Shown: positions 39,404-47,649 of the stretch, one piece after another | Layout of the letters: every line of letters begins with the position of its first letter | Numbering within the stretch: position 1 is the stretch's first letter | DNA from: an uncultured delta proteobacterium | GTDB lineage: Bacteria; Desulfobacterota; Desulfuromonadia; Desulfuromonadales; BM103 | Length of the DNA stretch: 64,000 nt | Reading direction: 5' to 3' | Assembly: GCA_963715335.1 (NCBI GenBank) | Contig: CAVQRZ010000009.1 | Span: 1-64,000, forward strand | Program-made: the position numbers and the translations under genes | The notes under the pieces: model-generated | Database searches by the model: none | The model's input: the letters and a program-made list of their open reading frames with translations, nothing else | What the model was told of the DNA's origin: nothing

Positions 39404-39894
39404 GGGACAGCAGACGCATCAGACGCATGGACCGCAACAGGAAAAAGCTGACGGGGTTAAACCTGACCTCGCTGATGGATGTGTTCACCATCCTGGTGTT
39501 TTTCCTGCTTGCCAACTCTTCCTCGAGTGAAGTTTTGACCTCGCCCAAGCAGATCAAGCTGCCCGACTCCGTGGTTGAAGCAAAACCAAGGGAAACGGTG
39601 GTCATCCTGGTCAGTCCGGAAGCCGTGATGATTCAGGGTGAAATGGTCGTCGATACATCAGAGCTGCTCGCCTCTACCAACAGTTCGATACCGGCGATTA
39701 CCGAGCGGCTGAGCCAGATTGAACGCAATATTATCGGGATAAGTACCAGGGAGATTGTCGAGAGCAAAGAGATCACCATCCTTGCCGATAAAACGATCCC
39801 CTTCCGGGTGCTTAAAAAAATAATGTCAACCTGTACGGGCTCCGGATACGGGAGGATTTCTCTCGCGGTCATCCAAAGGGCCTCGCAAACCTGA
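39400..39894 (+). CDS. ExbD/TolR-family protein (AglQ/AglS-like)
   Basis: LNLTSLMDVFTILVFFLL TM; ILADKTIPFRVLKKIMSTC..GYGRISLAV. Confidence 0.9.
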   Translation: MRDSRRIRRMDRNRKKLTGLNLTSLMDVFTILVFFLLANSSSSEVLTSPKQIKLPDSVVEAKPRETVVILVSPEAVMIQGEMVVDTSELLASTNSSIPAITERLSQIERNIIGISTREIVESKEITILADKTIPFRVLKKIMSTCTGSGYGRISLAVIQRASQT

Positions 39895-39905
39895 ACGGGA
39901 ATTCC

Positions 39906-41357
39906 GTGGATACTTCTTTATTGTCACAGGAATTAGAGCCTCTGAACGCACAGATCGAGTTGCTGCAGCGAGCTGTCGTGCAGTTGGAAGACGAATTGCG
40001 GGTTGTCGAAGCAGAGCTTGATACGTTTGCCATCGACCAACAGCACTTCGACCTTGTGCAGGAAGCCTGCAGTGCGCTTGAGAAACTGCAGGAACTGGGG
40101 GCAGGGGAACTCTTCTGGGATGGTCTGCCGGAGGGCGCAGACAGCACCGGGCACAGTGCAAGGCTGCGGTCTCGCATCGCCGCTTTCGAAGAGGGGACCC
40201 GGGGTATTCAAGAACAGCGTGAGTCTCTCCGGGAACAGATCGATCAGCATCTCGATACGCTTGATGTCCTGTTTGATGAAGTTCAGCAGGCCCATGCCCG
40301 CGAGGAGCGCCGTCAGGAAGAGTTTGTCATAGAGCGGGAAATAGTCTCTCTGCCATTCCGGCCGATGGTCATGCCCTGGGCCAAGGATATCGAGAGCGAG
40401 CGGCGTTTCCGTCGGACCCTGCTGGTCTCGATGTTCTGGAGCCTGGCGCTGGGGATCCTGATTCCCATGATCACGGTGCCGGTTCAGGACCGATATGAGA
40501 GCGTAATTGAAATCCCGGAGCGTCTGGCCATGCTGGTTAAACCGCCACCACCGCCGGTGCCATTACCGGAAAAGCCGCAGCAGCGTGAGGAAGTCAAACC
40601 GGACCAGAAAAAAAATGCTGAACCTGACAAAACAGCCAAACCCAAGAAGGCCTTGAAAAAGAATCGTCCGGAAACCAAGCCCGATGGCGGCGAGACCAAA
40701 GTCGCAAGGAAAAAAGCCGCAAACACCGGGGTCCTGGCTTTCAAGAGCAGCTTTGCCGACCTGATGGATGAAGTCCCCGTTGCGAAACTCGGCGCTGAAG
40801 CACGCCTGAAAAAGAACGACCCAAGGGTCCCGGGGCATTCCCGCGCCCAGCGTTCGCTGGTGGCGATGCAGGCCAAAGGTGGCAGCAGTGCAGGAATTCG
40901 CAACTACGAGGTCAGTCGCAATCTTGGCAATGGCGGGCAGGGCGGCGGCAGCGGCTACGGCAACGCAGGAGCGATCGGTGGTGTCGGGACGGCAAAAGTC
41001 GAGAGCGCCATGGCAGGGCTTGCGGAAGAAGCGGGCCGGCCGCTGAGTGACGGCCTCGGCGCGGCCAGAACCGACGAGGAAATCCAGATCGTTTTCGATC
41101 GTTACAAGGCAACGCTCTACCGGATCTACAACAAGGAACTGCGCAAGGATCCGACTCTGCGCGGCAAATTGCTGTTGCGATTGACGATTGAGCCGGGTGG
41201 AGAAGTGTCTTTTTGCGCAGTGGAATCAACGGATCTCGCTTCGCCTGATCTGGTCACCAGAATCGTCGACCGGGTCAAGAGGTTTAATTTCGGGCCAAAG
41301 GAAGATGTGCCACAGATCACTATTCTTTACCCGATTGATTTTCTGCCTGCAGGGTAG
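39906..41357 (+). CDS. TonB-like energy transducer with AgmX/PglI-type C-terminal domain (GltG-like) and N-terminal coiled coil
   Basis: ~150-aa heptad-rich N-terminus, single TM, Pro/Lys-rich then Gly-rich linker, RTDEEIQIVFD...YNKELRKDPTLRGKLLLRLTIEPGGEV...ITILYPIDF. Confidence 0.83.
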   Translation: MDTSLLSQELEPLNAQIELLQRAVVQLEDELRVVEAELDTFAIDQQHFDLVQEACSALEKLQELGAGELFWDGLPEGADSTGHSARLRSRIAAFEEGTRGIQEQRESLREQIDQHLDTLDVLFDEVQQAHAREERRQEEFVIEREIVSLPFRPMVMPWAKDIESERRFRRTLLVSMFWSLALGILIPMITVPVQDRYESVIEIPERLAMLVKPPPPPVPLPEKPQQREEVKPDQKKNAEPDKTAKPKKALKKNRPETKPDGGETKVARKKAANTGVLAFKSSFADLMDEVPVAKLGAEARLKKNDPRVPGHSRAQRSLVAMQAKGGSSAGIRNYEVSRNLGNGGQGGGSGYGNAGAIGGVGTAKVESAMAGLAEEAGRPLSDGLGAARTDEEIQIVFDRYKATLYRIYNKELRKDPTLRGKLLLRLTIEPGGEVSFCAVESTDLASPDLVTRIVDRVKRFNFGPKEDVPQITILYPIDFLPAG

Positions 41358-41473
41358 ATTTTGGTCGGGGTCATCCTGGATGGCCTCATGATCTTGGTCA
41401 CTTATGGGTGGGTGCTTGCGGGCGATGAAGCATGATTGGAGTTAATTTTAACCATCAATTCAGGAGAGACATC

Positions 41474-42247
41474 ATGGAAACCTTCAGTTATCAAATGACA
41501 TTACCGTCATGTACATTGGGTAAAGCGCTGCTGGTTGAGCTCGAGAAACGATTGCGCTTCGGTATCCCTATCCTCGCCCAGGAGGGCTTGCGGAAAATCT
41601 CCATGGGCCTTGGATTTGAAGATCATAAGAAGCTTGAACATTACATGATCATCGTCGAGTCGAAGAAAGAAATCCTTAATTTTAAATGTACCAAGGAGTT
41701 GCCTTTACCCTATTTCGAGCGCCAGCCCAAAAAGGTAAAAGTCGAGTACGATCTATGCGCGTCCAAATTCATAACAGTCCGAATCATCTTTACCCCTGAC
41801 GAACGTCCACGGGTTTACATGAAAACCCAGAATCAACAAGTCAAGAAAATGCTCCCCAAGATCGCCGACGGGCTGTGCGCAACTATCGAAGCATACGGTA
41901 ACCGCCATAAGGCTCTGCATAATCCTTTCGTCCAGTCACTGCCACTCTTGACCATCCCACTTATGGTGATGGCTTTCGGCATCTATAGCGAAATCGATCT
42001 CTTCCTGCTTTGCAGCAGCCTTGGCTGGCTCTGTCTGCTTATGCTGGGGTTAGTCAAGTCTTTGCCTCAACTGTTTCCGTGGGTGACCTTTGCATCAAAG
42101 CATCGTTTCAAGTTAAATCGCCTGCCGGTTCTGGCAAAGGTTTCTCTGCTCTCAGTCGCTGTTGCTTGCTACATTGCCATGGTCCTTCTGTATATGCCTC
42201 GTGCAAACAATGCGGACGCCATCATGTTGGCAAGCTTGTTCGGCTGA
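41474..42247 (+). CDS. Hypothetical membrane protein (three C-terminal TM helices)
   Basis: Long ORF, RBS CAGGAG before ATG 41474; hydrophobic C-terminal segments. Confidence 0.65.
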   Translation: METFSYQMTLPSCTLGKALLVELEKRLRFGIPILAQEGLRKISMGLGFEDHKKLEHYMIIVESKKEILNFKCTKELPLPYFERQPKKVKVEYDLCASKFITVRIIFTPDERPRVYMKTQNQQVKKMLPKIADGLCATIEAYGNRHKALHNPFVQSLPLLTIPLMVMAFGIYSEIDLFLLCSSLGWLCLLMLGLVKSLPQLFPWVTFASKHRFKLNRLPVLAKVSLLSVAVACYIAMVLLYMPRANNADAIMLASLFG

Positions 42248-42519
42248 CCCAAAGCCCTGCGACCCTGAATCCGGGCCGCCTGGCAGGCGCCCGACAAGAG
42301 CTGCCTGTCATAAAGGGTTTAAGATCTTGCCTGTCACTTAGAAATGGCACACTTCTGCGTCGGTACGGGATTCGGCTTTGGTGACGCCAACTGGCTGGTA
42401 GAACAGTAAGTGCTGAATCCTTTGATGTTTCTGAAAATTTTCTGGTTGAGATGTTTTTTGGCTTGTTTCCTGCTAAATACTCAGGTAACCGAAGCCCTCA
42501 TTGTGAAAAGGATAAAAAA

Positions 42520-43302
42520 ATGACAAAGAGTCAGAGTGTAAAACCATCAACCAACTTTACAAAACCTGCGGTGTCATTCGATGGATCGAAGAAGAAAATA
42601 CTCCTGGTTGACGATGTGAACTTGTTCATAGAGCTAGAAAAAACCTTTCTCCAGCGCAAGAAAGACTTCGAGATTCTGACTGCGAAAAGTGGCGAAGAGG
42701 CCTTAAGGATTGTCGAAGTTGAACGACCTGACCTTGTTTACCTGGACCTGCATATGCCGGGAATGAACGGCGATGAATGCTGCCGGCTGATCAAGGCCTC
42801 AGAGGGTGGCAAAAATACCCCGGTCGTTATGGTCACCTCAGATGGCGGCGAGGAGGTTAAATCCCGCTGCATCGCGGCGGGTTGCAACGAAATCATAACC
42901 AAGCCAATCAATCGGTCCTTTTTTCTTTCTTTTGCAAAAAGGTACCTCGATATTCACGAAAGGAAAGAGCCCAGGTATGCTTCACATATAAAAATAAAGT
43001 TTGGTCTGCAGAGGGATAATTTAGTGACCGACTATACGGTTAATTTCAATACCGGCGGTTTATTTACATCCTCGCCCAGATTGCTGCCGGTCGGCTCAAA
43101 ACTTTTTGTTGAATTCAGCTTGCCTGGGGATGACAAGATCATTTGTACCCAGGCCCGAGTCGCTTGGGCCAATGAAGGAGTGACCCCCCTAAAACGCGAT
43201 CTTCCTGTCGGTATGGGGATGGGCTTTGTCGGTATCAGTCTTGATGATAAGGGTGTCATCCGGCAATACATTGAGAATAATGCTCTCACCGCAGACTGGT
43301 AG
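42520..43302 (+). CDS. Response regulator receiver + PilZ domain protein
   Basis: ILLVDD, YLDLHMPGMNG, VVMVT, TKP receiver motifs; ERKEPR (RxxxR) and NFNTGGLF PilZ motifs, ARVAW...GMGMGF. Confidence 0.88.
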   Translation: MTKSQSVKPSTNFTKPAVSFDGSKKKILLVDDVNLFIELEKTFLQRKKDFEILTAKSGEEALRIVEVERPDLVYLDLHMPGMNGDECCRLIKASEGGKNTPVVMVTSDGGEEVKSRCIAAGCNEIITKPINRSFFLSFAKRYLDIHERKEPRYASHIKIKFGLQRDNLVTDYTVNFNTGGLFTSSPRLLPVGSKLFVEFSLPGDDKIICTQARVAWANEGVTPLKRDLPVGMGMGFVGISLDDKGVIRQYIENNALTADW

Positions 43303-43334
43303 AAAGATGCTCTCAAAACGTTTATAGCCAGCTG

Positions 43335-43775
43335 TCAGCTGCAGTTGTCTTTGCCATAACAGTTTCCGAAAAAATCTCCCGAGGCGATTACTGGCAACCC
43401 TTCTGTAGGCCGGTTATATATATAGACCCATGCCGTCAGCTTTTGGCCGGTGCTAAGGACTACTTCCTGCTTTACGCGAACATACTCCGTAGGTTCAGTG
43501 AAGCTTGGGCCACACTCTTCATACTGGTCCAGAGCAGATAATCCTTTGGCAGGCTCATGGAGGGAAAATACCTCACCTTTTACCTGCCGGGTTGGATCGT
43601 CTGAAGGCACGATGCCAGGGTAGTCATCGATTCTGTACAGTCGACCTTGATATGTTGCCTCGCCCACAAAAACCGCATAGCGAGCAAGGAGATGGTACAT
43701 CTCGCTTTCAGTATCTCTTCTCAGGGTTCCATATACGAACAAGTAGTCCAGCATTATTTCTTTTCCTTCAATCAT
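43335..43775 (-). CDS. Gamma-glutamylcyclotransferase family protein
   Basis: YLFVYGTLR, YPGIV, VKGEVF, LDQYEE, AWVYIY, IASGDF. Confidence 0.88.
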   Translation of the reverse strand: MIEGKEIMLDYLFVYGTLRRDTESEMYHLLARYAVFVGEATYQGRLYRIDDYPGIVPSDDPTRQVKGEVFSLHEPAKGLSALDQYEECGPSFTEPTEYVRVKQEVVLSTGQKLTAWVYIYNRPTEGLPVIASGDFFGNCYGKDNCS

Positions 43776-44090
43776 TACACTTCTGAACCGAGGGAAGACC
43801 AGCCCTCGAAGTCCTTTATTTTAGCTGAACTACAATAATAATGGCCACCAGGAATTGATCCTCGTGGCCATCGTTTTATTGATTAACGAGCGTCTGAAAT
43901 ATCTCTATCAATAACACGCATGTGTTGTCTGGATGTTGTGTATCAGGAGAAAGGCCCTGATCCGATTCATAATATTAAGGTCTTTTATGTTTTATTAAGT
44001 GGTGCCGTATTTGCTGTCGGATAAGTTTACAGTTCAATGCAGTAGCCGAGATTTGGCGAATAAAATACTGTAATTATTGTATAAAAAGTA

Positions 44091-44106
44091 CGGCATAATA
44101 ATTGCT
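44091..44106 (+). promoter_or_regulatory. sigma54 promoter upstream of the HEAT/PEP-CTERM cassette
   Basis: CGGCATAATAATTGCT = GG-N10-GC with TTGC, about 70 bp before ATG 44177. Confidence 0.7.
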
Positions 44107-44176
44107 GACTACTTAAGTCAGGTACTTTGAGTCATCATTTAAAAGCCCTCAAAGAGGGTATAGTCAAAAAATCAAT

Positions 44177-45082
44177 ATGACGATTTGTCGTTCAATAGTG
44201 AGACTGTCGGTTTTTATTACACTTTGTCTGGCTCTGTCTGTGGCTCATGGGGCTGTTGCCAAAGATGGGCCTACTGTCGACATCCGGTTCCAACAGGGGC
44301 TGATATCGGTGCAGAGCGAAAACGCCACCCTGGCCGAGGTGTTACGGGCCGTCGCCGGGGAAACCGGTATTCAGCTGCATATCCGCGATGAGGATTTCCA
44401 GCAGAAGAGTCCATGGTCTTTAGTCGACCGGCCTCTTCTGGAGGCGATCAGGCAGCTGGCAGGAACCCATAACATGGCGATTACCTTCGCAGACAGATCA
44501 AGCCAAGAGACAGCCAGACGGATTTCAAGTCTCTGGATTTTTGGCAACACGGCAGCATCACAGGCAGCACTTGAAGCTGCCATGGCCGTGGCGAGCCCCG
44601 ACACAGCTGAGCAGGTCCGAGCAAAAACCCATGAGGAGCTCAGCGATCCTGATCCGCTGGTCAGGCTCGGTGCGATCCAAAGGCTGGCCGACTCGCAAGA
44701 TCGGAATGATGTGATGATCCTGACCCGGGTCATGTTGGAAGATGATGACCCCGCGGTACGGGAACAGGCCCGTTCTGCCCTCGAAAAACTTACGGGCGAA
44801 GCCGCTGCTGTAACCGTTGAAAACGGTTTGGGCGACGCCGATTACCTGGTCCGGGCTGAGACCGTCCGTTTCCTGGCGCAGGCCGAACAGGGCCGCGTCA
44901 CCCCGAGCCTGGGGCAGGTCTTGTTCAGCGACCCGGACCCATTGATTCGCCTCGAAGCCGTACTGGCGATCGCACAACACCACGGCGAAGCGTCGCGGGC
45001 CTTTTTGCAGGTTGCGGCCAAGGATGAAGACAGCATGGTGAGAGAAGCTGCACTTTACGCCCTTTCTGAACAGGAAGAATAG
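44177..45082 (+). CDS. Secreted protein with STN-like N-terminal domain and HEAT repeats
   Basis: Signal peptide; ISVQSENATLAEVLRAVAGETGI (secretin/TonB N-like); repeated D.DP.VR..A...L units. Confidence 0.78.
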   Translation: MTICRSIVRLSVFITLCLALSVAHGAVAKDGPTVDIRFQQGLISVQSENATLAEVLRAVAGETGIQLHIRDEDFQQKSPWSLVDRPLLEAIRQLAGTHNMAITFADRSSQETARRISSLWIFGNTAASQAALEAAMAVASPDTAEQVRAKTHEELSDPDPLVRLGAIQRLADSQDRNDVMILTRVMLEDDDPAVREQARSALEKLTGEAAAVTVENGLGDADYLVRAETVRFLAQAEQGRVTPSLGQVLFSDPDPLIRLEAVLAIAQHHGEASRAFLQVAAKDEDSMVREAALYALSEQEE

Positions 45083-45141
45083 CTGTCATTATAAGTTTTA
45101 GATGCACAATACAGATCACAACCAGCCAAAGGAGGTACAAG

Positions 45142-45991
45142 ATGAATCTAAAAGCAATCAGGGGGCCGCTGGTCCTAATCTTGGGCCTGTTTCTCATGAC
45201 AGTCCTGGCCCCGGCTACGGCCACTGCGTTTACGGATTTAAACATTTCCGGCAGCATAACGTTTGATGACGGTAATACATTTGCCGATGACACGGTCACT
45301 GGATCGGGGAGCATGGACGTGTTTCAGGAGGAGTGCCATCTTCAACCACTTTTGATGGCAGCAGCGGCGTTTTACCGGTGACAATCCATTGACTGGGAAC
45401 CTGACCAATGTTGGCGACGGCTTTGGTGGTTCAGCCGAATTCTCTCGGGAGCGATTTCGCTGAATTTCTTACCGGGCTGGGATCTTGACCCTGAATCTCG
45501 GTAACAGTTCCGGAACTGACAGTCTTACAGGTCTAGTTTCCAGGTCGACTACGACAATAGGTCAACAGCAGTGGGCGGACGCCTATGGCCGCTCGGAGTT
45601 TTCTTGGCGGCACCAGTTTGGAGACGATGACGTTTTTGCAGACGTTCCTTGTCTCGGACACTCTTAACGGCAATGAGAATACAGATGGCTCTAGCGATCC
45701 GGTTTTGGTGGACTGCTCGACCGAGTCTGGGCTCCTTCTTTTTGATCTCATGCTTGCATCCGCTGACGAACTTCGAGCCTCTTTGGCTCTGGAACAGCTT
45801 GTTGGAGGAGTCTTTGATGATTCAGAACTGGTACGTCTTTGGCCAGCATCGACTCCTTCATCAGCATCACCGGAGTCGAAAACCTGACCGCTCCTCCAGC
45901 ACCGATTCCGGAACCGAGCACGGTGGCCCTTTTGGGCTTCGGCCTGGTCGGTCTGGGCATCATGGTCCACAGACGTCGCAAGAACTCTTAA
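45142..45991 (+). pseudogene. PEP-CTERM exosortase-target protein disrupted by several frameshifts
   Basis: Signal peptide ORF from 45142 (RBS AGGAGG) ends at 45381; in another frame ...PAPIPEPSTVALLGFGLVGLGIMVHRRRKNS-stop at 45991 is a canonical PEP-CTERM tail. Confidence 0.8.
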
Positions 45992-46003
45992 CACGTAAAG
46001 GAG

Positions 46004-46627
46004 ATGATTATGCTAAAAGGAATAAAAAAACTCACTCTGGGCGTTGCAGTGATCGCCCTTCTGGCCACGACCACGCTCTGGAGCGCACCTGCCCAGGCAT
46101 CGGAGCCTTTCATCGGCCAGATTATGATAGTCGGATTTAACTTCGCGCCGCGAGGCTTTGCCAGTTGTGATGGGCAACTGCTGCCCATCTCGCAAAATAC
46201 AGCACTTTTCTCACTTTTAGGGACCACTTTCGGCGGTGATGGACGCACCACCTTTGGTCTGCCTGACCTCAGAGGACGCACTGCGGTAGGCGTAGGGACT
46301 GGACCGGGAATCTCTACCATGTCTTGGGGAGAGAAAGCTGGAGTTGAAAATACCCTGTTAACTGTAGCTAATCTTCCATCCCACTCCCACAGCGTTTCCG
46401 TCAAGGGGACGGCGACAAGAGGTAATTCTGAGATTCCCACCGGCAACACTTGGGCCAGTCGCTCACGGGACAATGATTACAGTAATGCGACCCCTGTCGT
46501 TGAAATGAAAGCCGGTTCAGTATCAATTGGCAATACAGGTAATGGCACGTCATTTACCAACATGCAGCCATCCCTGGGGCTCTGGCATGTCATTGCCTTA
46601 GTAGGGATTTACCCGTCACGGAGCTAA
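46004..46627 (+). CDS. Phage tail-collar domain protein (MdpB-like) with N-terminal signal peptide
   Basis: SEPFIGQIMIVGFNFAPRG..CDGQLLPISQNTALFSLLGTTFGGDGRTTFGLPDLRGR, NMQPSL...IALVGIYPSR; preceded by KK-hydrophobic-AQA. Confidence 0.9.
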   Translation: MIMLKGIKKLTLGVAVIALLATTTLWSAPAQASEPFIGQIMIVGFNFAPRGFASCDGQLLPISQNTALFSLLGTTFGGDGRTTFGLPDLRGRTAVGVGTGPGISTMSWGEKAGVENTLLTVANLPSHSHSVSVKGTATRGNSEIPTGNTWASRSRDNDYSNATPVVEMKAGSVSIGNTGNGTSFTNMQPSLGLWHVIALVGIYPSRS

Positions 46628-46661
46628 AAGTTTTTGTGGCTGGATCGCTTGTTGTCAAAAA

Positions 46662-47649
46662 ATGAAAATAAAGATATTCCAAATACTTGCTCTGGTCCTG
46701 CTGTTGGTCGCCATTCCCTGTTACGGAATGGCGGCCAATAGCCGTTCAGACATGAAGCGTGCTGAAAAAGCTCTTGCTCAATCTGATTACCAGACGGCTT
46801 TTGCCATCTATCAGCGCTATGCGGTTGATGAGAAGGACCCCTTGGCGCAGTTCACCTTGGGGCTTTTCTACGAAAATGGCTGGGGGAAGCCGATAGATAG
46901 AAAAAAGGCCTGCGAATTGTATGAACAAGCGTCTGCAGGGGATATCCCTGCAGCCGCTCATCTTGCCGCTGAATGTGTCTTGGCCGGAGTTCACCGACCA
47001 TCTGCTCCAGACGATGCCGCAGCCCTGCTGGAACAGGCCGGCAATCAGGGACACTATCTTTCTTTCTGTTCCCTCGGCGAGCTGTATATGAAAGGTCAAG
47101 GCGTTGCCAAAGACCCTGCCAAGGGTCTGGAGTTTTGTGCGCAAGCAGCCAACCAGAATGTCCCCAAAGCGAAACTGCTAATGGGTCAATTCCTTTTGGA
47201 AGGTGATCCTGCAATCCGTAACTATGGAGAAGCGATCAATTGGTTCCAGGCGGCAGCTCAGGATGATTTGCCAGAAGCGCAATATTCTCTTGGCATCATG
47301 GCCCGCGATGGCCTCGGCATGGAGAAAAACCGCCAGGCGGCCATCAACTGGCTGGAACAAGCCGCCAGCCATGGTTATGCACCGGCCTACCTGCCGACGG
47401 GTCAACTCTACATCACCCCGCCACCCGGTGCCGAAGACCTTCAACCCCCGGCAGAAGAACTGGCCAAAGCCTATCTGTGGCTCTCGGCAGCCAAAGCAAG
47501 CTCTTCGCCCCAGGACCGAGATAGAGGCCGAAAAAGCCCTGCAGGACGTGCAGAAGATCATGCCGGCCAGCTGGGTGCCAGAGCTCGACCAGAAGGTCGC
47601 GCAACACCTCGCGGAATTCCCCCCGCAGCAGCAACCAGGCTTGAAATAA
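46662..47649 (+). CDS. Sel1-repeat secreted protein with a probable frameshift near 47505-47520
   Basis: AQFTLGLFYENGWG, LGELYMKGQGVAKD, AQYSLGIMARDGLG, AKAYLWLSAA; a plausible C-terminus (EAEKALQDVQKIMP..stop 47649) lies in another frame, while the given ORF runs into the convergent gene. Confidence 0.8.

Noticed and set aside
38250..41357. Canonical Tol-Pal or TonB iron-uptake operon
   Set aside because: No tolB, ybgC or TonB-dependent receptor; two ExbD genes, TPR cluster and AgmX-type C-domain fit the Agl-Glt core better
42345..42358. sigma54 promoter before REC-PilZ (TGGCACACTTCTGC)
   Set aside because: GG to GC spacing is 9, not the required 10
43841..43871. Hairpin ATGGCCACCAGGA-ATTGA-TCCTCGTGGCCAT as an ncRNA
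   Set aside because: A single terminator-like stem between divergent genes with no other supporting structure
46004..46627. Prophage or tailocin
   Set aside because: Isolated collar gene with a signal peptide; no capsid, sheath, baseplate, integrase or lysis genes
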